DNA of 64,000 nucleotides from Pavona decussata (taxonomy: Eukaryota): assembly GCA_977016875.1 (NCBI GenBank), contig CDRNST010000090.1, forward strand, positions 2,976,001 to 3,040,000. The letters run 5' to 3'. Each line of letters opens with the position of its first letter. Within the stretch, counting starts at the first letter, position 1. The notes beneath the pieces were generated by a model. The model worked only from the letters and a program-made list of their open reading frames with translations. It was not told where the DNA came from and did no database searches. The position numbers and the translations under genes were made by a program. This document shows, piece after piece, positions 25,379 to 35,804 of this stretch.

Positions 25379-26701
25379 TTAGAATTCTAAATTAAAACCA
25401 GGTTGGTTATTATACTGCTTGTAAGCTTTCGCTAAATCTACTTCCAACGAAGACAAGGTGTCCGCCGCTCCACCAAGGCCAAGCACCTGATTCAACTTAA
25501 TATAATGACGTGCAGTCGATGAGGAATTCCAGCCCACGTGATCCATGACCGCATCAAGCTTCGCTCCGGCAATGGCGAGCGAAATTGCACAGCCACTCCT
25601 TAGACCATGTAAAGTAACATTCCGATAAGCAAAAGCTGGAATTTGGCGAACATACGTCGAGACCCGCGCCTGAGCCGCGGCCGACTCAAAAGGTGCTGGC
25701 AATATTTCTCCAGAAGGGTTGAGGGGCCGAAACAAAAAACCTTGTCGGATAGAGATCTTCAAAAGGTCGCATAAGCTAATGTAAACCTCAACTGCAGTCA
25801 CCGGGCAGACGGAAGGGTCCGCATGACGCTTGAGAGCAAAAACGTTCGAAGTGCCGTCTCGCAGCGACTTAGTTAGTGTATGGTTAAAGAGTAGAGCCTT
25901 TTTTTCCGGAAAATAGAGAATCTCCTTTGTTTTCATTCGACCGAGGTCTCCGGCCCTGTCGCCACCAAAGAATTGCACCTTAAAAAAGGCTTGATCTCTT
26001 ACGAGAACAAATAGCTGTGTCGAAGAACGAACATGTATGTTCATGCGCTTAGTTATTTCTGAAGATAAAAACACCAAATCCGGAAGAAAGAAAGGTTCAG
26101 CCTGTCTCTGCATTACCCTTGCGGCGAGCTGTTCCTCTCTGACAGCTGATAAATAGGACTTAATCAGTGGTGAAGCCGCGGGGTTGGCGATCCCAAGGAA
26201 AAGACTATCAGTTGTTGATCTCCCATACTTGTTGAATATAGCTCTTAATTTTCCAATTATCGAGTCAATGGAGCCGTATGCTAAACGCTTAGGGCAAACA
26301 CAAGAAGAAGCATTCTTCTCACCCAACAAAGGGCAGGAATCAATATGTACCACCATCTTGCCAAAATTATCCTTCCAGATCAAGAAGTCAATCACGTCGT
26401 CAGGTATTGCCGAGCAAATGTCCCTCTTCGAGGTGGATTCTAAGAACTCTGAAAACTCCATCTCTAAAGCACTTCTTTGTTTCTGATAAGGGGTAGCCTG
26501 TTGCCTAGTAACCAAAGTTTTCTTTCTCCCCCTTATTAAACAGAGGTCAATAGGGGCCTTGAGACTCTTCAAAGTTGTATGTGACTTTGTCTGACGCTGA
26601 TAGCCACATCTCTGACAATAGCGAAAATCAAAATCATTGGGTTTGGAACTAGCCGGGCACGACACAGATGGCTGGAAAAGTCTGGGTACCAACGGCAAAG
26701 A
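25379..26701 (-). CDS. Tyrosine recombinase of the retrotransposon (open frame with no ATG at its start; begins at a splice acceptor)
   Basis: Catalytic R (GDRAGDL), K (TKS), HxxR (LHGLR), HVGW and Y (RHYI). N-terminal Cys motifs CPAS..N.....CQRC and H..CP...CVCP. Confidence 0.9.
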   Translation of the reverse strand, partial: SLPLVPRLFQPSVSCPASSKPNDFDFRYCQRCGYQRQTKSHTTLKSLKAPIDLCLIRGRKKTLVTRQQATPYQKQRSALEMEFSEFLESTSKRDICSAIPDDVIDFLIWKDNFGKMVVHIDSCPLLGEKNASSCVCPKRLAYGSIDSIIGKLRAIFNKYGRSTTDSLFLGIANPAASPLIKSYLSAVREEQLAARVMQRQAEPFFLPDLVFLSSEITKRMNIHVRSSTQLFVLVRDQAFFKVQFFGGDRAGDLGRMKTKEILYFPEKKALLFNHTLTKSLRDGTSNVFALKRHADPSVCPVTAVEVYISLCDLLKISIRQGFLFRPLNPSGEILPAPFESAAAQARVSTYVRQIPAFAYRNVTLHGLRSGCAISLAIAGAKLDAVMDHVGWNSSSTARHYIKLNQVLGLGGAADTLSSLEVDLAKAYKQYNNQPGFNLEF

Positions 26702-28952
26702 CTGAAAAGAGAAAAAAGGTTTCTCCCGTTAGGCAGTTTACGACATGTCTTTCCCAATCTTAAATGCCCAGAGGCTATACGGAGAGGAGCCAGGAATAAA
26801 ACCGTCCTTTGAAGGGAAAAGGAGCGTATCCGGCTGGACAATGCATTTAATAACGGCCATCACCCGGGTAAGGGGGACATCAATGGTACTACTATCATAA
26901 CAACTGCATTCACTGATGCGAGGAAACGCACAAGAGGCCCAATAAGTGAAAATGGTGGGAAAACATAGGCGTTAACGCGGTTACCATCGCAAACAGAGAG
27001 GTCTTGGTTAAAAACATTGACACCCGATGACTCTGGAGTAGGGAAGGGCGTAAAGTGCTTTAACGAGTTCCCTTGCAAGTCCCGTTGAACATTGCAATCT
27101 AATGACATTAAATCAAGATCATGGCCATTAATTCCGCCAAACCGACGCTGGACGATTTCCCAAGACTTCGGAGAAAGCATAGCATCCGAACGAGACAGTC
27201 TCCTGGAAAACCAATCTGCCTGGTTCAGGTGAGAAGGAACAAAACACATTTCCAGGGAAAGGTTTCTATCCACCAAGAACTGGAAAATCAATCGCGAAAT
27301 CTGAAATAACTTTCTAGAGCGTGGCCCACGGCCCGACCAAGCGTGGAAAACAACCATGCTGTCCACCTGTGCATCAATCCTGCAATCAGAGAAGCTTTCC
27401 GGGAGTGACTGCAATCCCCTGAGGACGGCCCACATCTCCTTCACATTAATATGCTCGCTTCGAACGGTTTCTTTCCAGTAGTCGCCGACAGAAATGGTCT
27501 CGGTAGGCAGGTGAGTTACCGCTCCCCAACGGAAAGGCGAAGCGTCTGAGGTAAAAGAGATGGCAACATGACGTTGACTTCTCCACCGAATCGCCTTGTC
27601 CCAACTATCAAGGAACCTCCAAAACACTATTTGCTCTCTCAGATTCGGAGATAAATTCACCTCACCACCTCTGGAAGCCTTTGCGATTGACGCCGCCATT
27701 TCCCTAATGCAGAATTTAGACGCTGGAAAAGCCAGGGAGAAGGAATTGTATTTCCCCATCAACCTCTGTAAAGACTTCAAGGAGATAGAAGATCCACGCG
27801 AATGTATTTGCTCACGTAGCTGAGAGAACTTTATCTTCTTATCTTCAGGAATGCGAAAAGCCTGCGCTATCGAATCCACCATCATGCCCAAGTAACGGAT
27901 GCTGGTTACAGGGACCAGAACGCATTTGGGGAGGCCCAAAAAATAACCCAGGTTTACCAGCACGAAACAGACTATGTAGAAAGCCGCCTCCGCAGATTGA
28001 TAACTGTATTCCGGCGTCCTCTGCAACAGTGGGCGTGACCAAAATCCCTTCAAAGCAAACAGCTCCCCATTCAAACGGTCGTCAATATACAGGGAACACG
28101 CGACCCTTAAACTCCTGAAAAAATTTGTGGGGCCCAGTCCAACAATTTGGTATACAAATGGAGAATTCTTCCACCCGAAGGGGAGCGTAACTCCAACCAA
28201 CCCCCACCCCTGCCACTCAATACCAAAATACTGCTGAGAATCAAAGGAAAGCAAAATATGGTCATAGCTGGACTTGTCATCAATTTTGCTCATGTAGGAA
28301 TTAGGATATACGAAACGAGGGACGCTAACAAGCGTGTCCAACGAAAAGGGGGTGTCGATCATCCACAAGTTTAAAACCTGGCATCAATGCATAACCTCGG
28401 CTTTTGTGGTTCGATCGTCATGGGAAGGACGAGGTGGGGCGGCGCCCCTACACCCACTTTACCCGAAACATGGATCGCTCCTGTCTCGATACGTTTCAAA
28501 ATTGTTTCCGTAACAAATTGCGAAAACTGTTTGCAAGAGTATTGGTTCTTAAAAACCCTAGCCGGGGGTTCCGCGCTCTCATTCTTAACACCCATAAATG
28601 ATCCCTTAAAGGGCTTCATGAATTTTTTGATATCCTCCCCATGCTCCAACCATTCTAGAACGTCCTTTGCAGGTTCGTACCCGGCCAAAATGTTTTCCCA
28701 GAGTCCAATTCGGGTGCGAAGTTGACCAGGTTGAAAGGAGTCCGGATCGCGAAGCGACAGATCCCGCAGGTTAGGAGTTTCCCCCGCCACAATGCCTTGA
28801 ACATGGGTTAAACAAGCGTCTTCTGACGTCATTTTCTCCGAACTCGGTTTACCCTCCATGGATACCCATCGTATTTCCTTATGCCTGCTTTTTCCCTCCG
28901 CTTCCAAAGGCATAAAGGTCACCATATCTCCCTTGAGACGTTTTGGTTTGGG
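26569..28952 (-). pseudogene. pol: reverse transcriptase, RNase H and Dam-like methyltransferase domain; frameshift near 28371 and stop at 26860
   Basis: KPRLCIDARF/LNLW, KIDDKSSYDH, LPFG..NSP, YIDD; SDAS, HINVKEM, NQADWFSR; DLM...GVNVF.Q....YVFPPF...VP...WP. Confidence 0.9.
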
Positions 28953-29236
28953 CTAGAACAAAAACACCAAAAAGGAAAAAGGATCAGAATGATGTACTCA
29001 AACAGAGACTGCAAACCCGAGTTCGGAGAAAATGACCGCCGTAGCCCGAGTAATCGGGCTCAAGGGTATGCCTATGGGCAAAACGCTTGTGGGGTCATTT
29101 TCCCAACCTCGAGACCACAAACTAAAAACGACTCATATTACTCAGTGCCTTTACATTTTATTATTTTCAATTGCAAGTACAAGGGCAATCCCGAATTCCA
29201 TTGCAACACACATCACTTTAACAGATTTCACAATCT

Positions 29237-29731
29237 TTAATGCTTGTCCGGGCAAGAGCGTGAGATGTGTTCCGCCTTTCCACACACCCAGCACTTCCTC
29301 TCCGAAAGTGATCAAAAACCGAGATTGGTGCCGCGCCTCTGGTATGGAGCTTTGTGCGTCCGTCCAGTGAACGAAGCTTGATTCACCGAAACGGGTCGTT
29401 CGGTTGCCTTAGCAGTAACCTTGGCCACCTCGGCCTCCTTTTTCGACGCCACCAGCTTTTTTAACACCTGCTGAAGGCACGGGTTGCTCAACAACGGACG
29501 GCACTGCCTTAGCACCATTCCATAACGCGACGCTCTTTCATCCTTTTTTTCCTTCGTAACATTGACCACTTCATCCAGAGCGGCGATCGCAGCATATGGG
29601 TCAAAAAGAGCCGCTGGACGCGCGATCACCATCTGGAGACACGACAAAGCAGACTCGACTGCCGATGCATCCATTTTTCCCTTCCACTCATCAAACTCCT
29701 TCTTTAGTGCCCCGACCGTTGCGGGCGGGAG
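29237..29731 (-). pseudogene. gag-like coding exon ending in a CCHC zinc knuckle; in-frame TGA at 29312
   Basis: The frame continues past the stop to KCWVCGKAEHISRSCPDKH* (CX2CX4HX4C). Preceded by acceptor tgttttccttcttttgtag. Confidence 0.82.
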
Positions 29732-29804
29732 CTACAAAAGAAGGAAAACACCAAGTAACTCCTCAATGTCCTTAAAGACGGTTTGCTTGTCGCCTTCCAT
29801 TCTT

Positions 29805-30083
29805 ACGCCACCTCACGGCACAGAGCGAAAAGAAAACTCATTGCACAAGTGGTGCCCGACCGATTTTTTCACTTTTCACGCCACCTCGTGGCACAGGGCA
29901 AAATTTCTCGACACACCTCCCTATCGGTCCTCGACCGCTTATTTCGTGTTTTCCTTTTTCTTTTCCACGCCGCCCCTTGGCACAGAGCAGAAGTCCTCGA
30001 CACACTGCTCGATCGGTCTTCGACCGATTTTTTTTGTTCATGCCACCTCGTGGCACGAAGGAGACGTCCACGACGCACTGATC
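29805..30083. repeat. About 3.5 diverged 73-89 bp tandem units, each with two hairpins
   Basis: Units start at 29805, 29878, 29967 and 30040. Motifs GCCACCTCGTGGC, CTCGACACAC and ATCGGTCTTCGACCGAT followed by a T-tract. Confidence 0.8.
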
Positions 30084-30540
30084 AAACAGTCCACGTCACC
30101 ATGTGGCCAGACAAGCAAAACGGAACACCACTGTGAGACTAACACGGACCTTGGCCGAGGCCGCACATTCCGCGCCCCTCAAGGGACAAGTAAGGAAAGG
30201 TGCAAACCCCATAAATAGTTTCTACGGTCCTCCAACACAAACAGCTCCCAAATATATTGCAACCCTAATTCATAAGAAAAAACAAAAAGAAGAAAACAAC
30301 TGAGTGCGACAGCAAAAACATAATATAAAACAACAGACTATCGCCCAGACATTTAAAAGAACTGTATCGTGGCGAACCCAGAAGAATACGCGCCGACCAT
30401 TTGCTCCAAGCGCGAAATTTAAAACCGGCTCCCCAGTAACGGCAAAAAACATAACGAGAAAATGTAATGTTGGGCAAACAGAAATAAGCAACAAACCCCG
30501 GCTAAAATACAAAACTAAAACATTGTAGGCGAATATATAC

Positions 30541-30753
30541 CTCAAGGTTGACTGTTGAGCTGTTCGACGTACTCGTCTCATTAACGTTTTCTCGGGCAGA
30601 ACTTTGGGCCGCAATATCCCCGCTCGCAGTTGCTCCTAAAGTTGCACCAGCCAGTTGCACCAGCGGAACAGCCTGTTCAACAGCGCCTTGAAGTGGCTGT
30701 AAAATTTCCTGGGCCCTCGCAGGGTCGTTCACTTGGGACGGATGCTCGGACAT
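30541..30753 (-). CDS. Putative shared leader exon (71 codons, MSEHPSQ...STVNLE) of the retrotransposon
   Basis: ATG lies 8 nt after repeat A1. Ends GAG|GTATAT in phase 0, matching three downstream phase-0 acceptors. Confidence 0.6.
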
Positions 30754-30760
30754 CTTCAAC

Positions 30761-30862
30761 CGATTCCAACCACAGTTAGGCAAAACTGACAACTATGAAT
30801 AATTAACGCATGCTTATATACTATGCACGCGGGCTAATGAATATTAATAAAGTATGAATAGT
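30761..30862 (-). repeat. 5' terminal repeat A1 of the YR retrotransposon
   Basis: Direct repeat of 24838-24939. Confidence 0.92.
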
Positions 30863-30917
30863 ACTAACCAATTCCTATTTCCAGAATGCAACCCATTCAA
30901 AGACAGTTATCAGCTCG

Positions 30918-31274
30918 TAAACCCGACGACACTCCTGGCGATTTTATACGCCGATCGCCGCGATCGGCGAAAATCGCCAGGTGAGCCCGGTGCAGCGATT
31001 GCGATTTTCGCCGACCGCCGTGATCGGCGTATAAAATCGCCGATATCTGGCATGTCAGATATCGGCAATTAAATTCGCTGGCATTCCCCAAGTATGCCCG
31101 TTCCCGCAAATTCCTCCGCTTATCGCTGCGAATCACCAGTAAAGTCAACCAATCAGATTGGGCGATTTTATCACATGACGTTTCAAAATACCCCTCGATG
31201 GAGTCCGGGAACAAGGTTGAAGTGCCACATCGCCGCGATCGGCATATAAAATCGCCGGGTGGGTAGCCGGCTTA
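30918..31274. mobile_element. MITE with CG-rich internal inverted repeats
   Basis: Arms ggcgattttatacgccgatcgc / gcgatcggcatataaaatcgcc; TAA/TTA ends. Confidence 0.7.
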
Positions 31275-31299
31275 GTAAATAATTGTTCAATATAAACTT

Positions 31300-31757
31300 G
31301 ACCATTAAGCACTTTAAAACTGGGCCCAAGGGAAACAGTGAGATTTGTTTACCCGAGACCCTCAGGGGAACATTGAGGGTCAAGAGGAAACAAAATTCAC
31401 TGTTTCCCGTGGGGAAGTGTTTTGTTATACCTCAAAACTCAAAAATAAAACATATTATATACTGGTGTCACCTTACGATTTCATTGCAAAATCTTGAAAG
31501 CTTTCGTCCAAATTTTGCTCTTTGCAGAAGTCTCTCAACGTTTTCACTACATTGTGAGTGGCCTTGTCAGTAGATTTCGAGTTTTTTTCCGGAAGAAGCT
31601 GTTAAATTTCTTCTTCAGTTCTTGTTTGAAAGCGTTTAGCTGCCATGACCACAAAAAACTATTTTCTTGATACGGGCTGGCAAACAAATTTGCCGCCGTT
31701 TCAAGGTGCACGACCTGATCACGTGCGAATCGAAAGTTCAAGTTGTTGTTTCCTTTG
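31300..31757. repeat. Truncated interspersed repeat with a palindromic head
   Basis: Inverted arms gggaaacagtga ... tcactgtttccc at 31330-31408. Absent from the other long units. Confidence 0.45.
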
Positions 31758-32494
31758 GGTACTCGGCCGCTTCTGATAATTCTGATATGTAGCCCTTAGG
31801 TCTGGGTAAGAGATAAGTATTTTTTATTAATAAATTTGTATTAAACACAATGTATATTGAAGTTGCGAGAAAGGTTTGTTTTCTTTAGTTTGAATTTTTG
31901 GAGCAGCGGGCGGGTATGTTGTCAACCCAGGGTTTCCAATTTCACTAAAAGTTGTTGCGAGACCTGAGTTTCTGATAAGCTTTTCTTCCCAAAGGCTAAA
32001 AAAAGGTTGCAGGAAGTAAAGAGTTTACTTTTCGTAAACTGGCCTATTTTAGCTTTAACCACAATTTCGAACGGGCTTTCTACTTTTATTTATTTCCTTT
32101 TTGTGACTAAGCAGAAAATTTGAATAGACAATGTTTCGACTCGCCTGATATTTAACTGTCCGTTAATGACTATATTGAGTAATTTTAACACGTCTCCATT
32201 TTGACTCGTAACAATATCATTTAACATCAAATTATGGTCACTTCCTCCTATCTTTCAATATTTCTGCTTCAACTTACGGTATCCACATGCACTCACAGAG
32301 TGCCTATATTTTCTTATTGTTCGTGAAAAGCCTCATTGGGGAAGTTCAATAAAGTGTGCATGTATGTATGTATGTGTTCAAAATTTACTTCTCGTTTTCG
32401 CTTGCAATTAAATCTTGTTTTGCCTTCAATATTTCTTCTGTCTTAAGGCAATATTTAAATATATGGACTTTTTCCAGCTGGCATTATATACATT

Positions 32495-32572
32495 AAATAG
32501 AAGAAAAATCCTTGCAGTTACTACGCAACTTAAGCAGTTGCGAAAAGAAAGCCTGAAAAAAATTCAGGCTTG

Positions 32573-32604
<32 letters not shown>

Positions 32605-32957
32605 TGGTGCAGTGCTCTACCAACTGAGCTATCAAGCCAACTGGGAGCTGGTCATATTGTGAGTTCGTAATATACCCGTGAAGGATGAATAAATGAATGT
32701 AAATATATGAAAGACATATTTAAACTGTGGATGAAAGATCAAATAGAAGGAAGATCCTCGCAGTTACTACGCAACTTAAGCAGTTGCAAAAAGAAAGCCT
32801 GAAAAAAATTCAGGCTTGAACAGGATTCGAAATTCGCATCCCGTTTGAATCCCGTTCAAGCCTAAATTTTTTTCAGGCTTTCTTTTCGCAACTGCTTAAG
32901 TTGCGTAGTAACTGCGAGGATCTTTCAGCTATTTGATCTTTCATCCGCATTTCAAAT
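32495..32957 (-). mobile_element. tRNA-derived (SINE-like) repeat: about 1.35 tandem monomers (period 246) plus an inverted partial copy
   Basis: A box tagctcagttgg and B box ggttcgaatcc on the minus strand at 32566-32638. Monomer restarts at 32741; fold-back at 32843-32955. Confidence 0.8.
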
Positions 32958-32958
32958 T

Positions 32959-33600
32959 TCGAAATTTCGGGGCTGGGAACTGTTGTTGTAGTGTGGTAAA
33001 TGGTTTGTTTACAACTGTGACACGTATCCTTAAAAAACACGATGTCACAGTTGTAAACAAACTATTTACGACACTACAACAACAGTTCCCAGCCCGAAAT
33101 TTCGATCTTCGATGGAATCGCAGACCAACGTCGTGTATAAAATTCCCTGTAGAAATTGTTCGCGGTGTTATATTGGGGAAACCAGCAGAGCTTTCAATAC
33201 CCGAAAAAAAAGAACATTTGAGAAACTCCAAAACTGCGGCTAAAGGTTCTAGAATTGGTAATCACGCCTGGTCCAACAACCATGTCATTGATTTTGAAAA
33301 CGCGTCAATTATTGACAAAGGCACCTTTAGAACCAGAAAAACATTAGAAGCGTGGCATACGAGAGTGACACCTAACGCAGATAACAATTCTTGCCTGTTA
33401 CCTGGACAAAACACCATTATTTTTAACAAACATTCATGATTATTTACATTTTTATTATTTCGCAATTCACACTTTTTGTTTAAATTTTTTCTCACCACTT
33501 TCCTATCATTCATTTTACCCGTCGAAGACTGCAGTTCGGGCAGACGAAAGCTTGTAGTTTTTTAGTCGTTTTAGCCAGAGGTCGTTTTCTAAAATTTTAA
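32959..33600 (+). mobile_element. Penelope-like element 3' part (GIY-YIG endonuclease, frameshifted) with 5' inverted duplication
   Basis: NVVYKIPC...CYIGETSR.F.TR / KEH ... NHAW..NH.IDF...LEAWH. Arms 32959-33022 and 33043-33105 are inverted. Confidence 0.85.
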
Positions 33601-35061
33601 ATAAATTTGAAAATATTTAAAAATAGAAGGATATGTGAAATAAAGTTGTTGTTGTTGTTGTTGTTGTTGTTGTTATTGTTGTCGCTTTGACCGTGAGCTT
33701 ACGCAGCGTTTAGTCAAATATGGCGGCCTGAGTTTAAGCTGCTATCAGCTTCTTGTTTGTGTGGGGCTGTTACCATGTATGGGCTTCAGCTTAGTGATTG
33801 CAAACGCTTCTTCGCTTCGAGTTACAGTGCAGTCAAAGCTATCAAAATTATGCAATTGAAAACAAGAAACTGTACACCAGAGTTATGATAGACATTCGGC
33901 ACCACGTACTTGTTTAAGTTCCTCCTTCCGCACTTGCTTTAAACTACAGTATTGGAAACAACTCCAGGAAATTCTCCTGGCCAGAAAATGCTACAACATA
34001 AGATATTTTCCACAATGCTGATATACTTAATTTTCTTTGACCTTTTATTTCAAAGTGGGTTGTGCCGCACACCACAAGTCCTGGTGGAGACCATTTTCTC
34101 AAGCTGCGTTTCACCAAGTTTTTGTCAATTACTTCTTTATTCTTTCTAAAATGCTTTCTTAATGTTAGCTTATCGTTCAAGAAGTATTTGTTGTGTAAGC
34201 TGGAGCTTTTAATATTCATGCTTGTGCTTGTTGATATTTCTGATCATCTAATGGACAATAAACCTGCAAATAAGTTTTTATCCTTTTATCTTCATTTTCA
34301 GTTTCACAGGATAATTTTTTTTGAGTTAATACGAACCTAAGAACTTTAATGATAAACACTGAACAGATCAAATGAAACTAGCAAGGAAACGGCAAGCGTT
34401 CAAGGCGTTGATCGTTGTCTTTTTTAAAAGCTTTCAAAACAGCTTGGATGTCCGGCTGAAAACAATTAATGCAAAATATATTTTTACCTATGTTGAAGTA
34501 TCTTGACAAGAACAGAAATGTAAAACCAATCCAAATGTTTCAACTCGGTGTAGCACACATTTAAACACTATTAAACAAAGCTTTCAAGATAGAGTAACCA
34601 AATGTTAAACATATTCTCTCCTAATATGCTAGGACTTGAGAGAAAAGCAACGAGCAACGCGATCTGAGTTTCTAATAAGCGTTTTTCCTAAAGGCTAAAA
34701 AAAAGTTGCAGGAAGGAAAGAGTTTACTTTTCATAAACTGGCCTATTTTAGCTTTAACCACAATGTCGAACAGGCTTTCTACGTTTATCTATTTCCTTTT
34801 TGCAGCTGAGCGGCAATTTCACTGAAAGTTGCGCGACCTGAGTTTCTGTTAAGCTTTTTTTCCTAAAGGCAAAAAAAAAGCTGCAGGTAGGAAAGAGTTT
34901 CCTTTTCGTAAAATGGTCTATTTTAGTTTTAACCACAATTTCGAACGGGCTTTCTACGTTTATTTATTTCCTTTTTGTAACTGAGCGGCAAATTTGCATA
35001 GTTAATTCTTCGACTCGCATGATATTTAACCGTCTGTTAATGACTCTATTAAGTAATTTTA

Positions 35062-35804
35062 TGCGCCTTTGCGTTAGACACATTATCAAAACCTTGATCT
35101 TTGTACCCATTGCCTTGGTTTTGCTCCGTTTGCTGGGATGGAAGATGACACGACACCGTTTGGCATATTTTGGCCACACACGTGGCCGTTTATTGTTAGC
35201 AAAATATGACATAATGAGAGAACAATAACTCTAAATAAAACTGTACCCAGCAAAGGTGAGGGGATACACGCCACCGTTCTAGCACGATGAAAGAGTGGAC
35301 TAGGACGCCCCCACCCAAAACCAAGGCAACTGGAAAATTTTACGTTGTTTAATAGTGGAAATGCTGCACCGCCCCTGCAAATGCAGCTACACGATAGGTA
35401 CCTAGATATGTGAAGCGTTAAGTGGTCTTAGTCCTGGTAAACGTATATACAGTATAGCAAAGTCAGGAGGGCCTATAAATGTAACAATCATCTAAACGGC
35501 GGACAGTGCCAGAAGTTGTGTAGCCCCTGCGTACACTGGGAGGAACTGTTCGTGTAAAAGAGACAGCCTATGCATGTAACAATTATCTGTCACGCCAAAC
35601 AGTTCCATAAGGTGCGTAGCCCCTGCGTACGCCCGAAGGAACTGTTTGTTCGCCTAGCGCTACTGTAAAATGCACTGGAAATATAAGAGATAAGTATTTA
35701 TAACACCGAACAGGTCCTTACGGTGTGTAGCCCCTGCGTACACCCCGGGGAACTATTCGGAGAAATGGTCTTAAAGAGGAATTAGTGTAGATATCGGAGA
35801 AAAT
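35062..35804. mobile_element. 743-bp insertion flanked by a 31-bp direct repeat and containing three hairpin repeats
   Basis: cgtctgttaatgactctattaagtaatttta at 35031-35061 and 35805-35835. Insert is absent upstream of the other GPCR copies. Confidence 0.75.

Larger units (their letters stand above)
24710..30862 (-). mobile_element. Full-length tyrosine-recombinase retrotransposon (order DIRS, PAT-like: split direct repeats plus MT domain), decayed
   Basis: Order A1 - gag(CCHC) - RT/RNaseH/MT - YR - B1 - A2 - B2. Both ends share TAGT. No LTR or integrase. Confidence 0.92.

Noticed and set aside
25379-26698. Prophage/integron integrase or bacterial contamination
   Set aside because: It is linked to gag, RT, RNase H and split direct repeats, and sits in eukaryotic repeat DNA.
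28365-28380. TTTAAAC at the pol frameshift as a programmed -1 slippery site
   Set aside because: The heptamer is not in the upstream reading frame and falls inside a conserved RT motif (DARFLNLW). A 1-bp loss in a T run is simpler, and the copy has other lesions.
29805-30083. CRISPR array (also 35500-35760)
   Set aside because: Few and diverged repeats, no cas genes, eukaryotic context.
24710-30862. Ngaro or classical DIRS1 classification
   Set aside because: The MT-like domain argues against Ngaro, and direct rather than inverted termini argue against DIRS1. PAT-like fits best, pending an RT phylogeny.
32566-32638. Functional tRNA gene (also 40381-40452)
   Set aside because: Irregular anticodon arms, and both lie within unit-specific repeat insertions.
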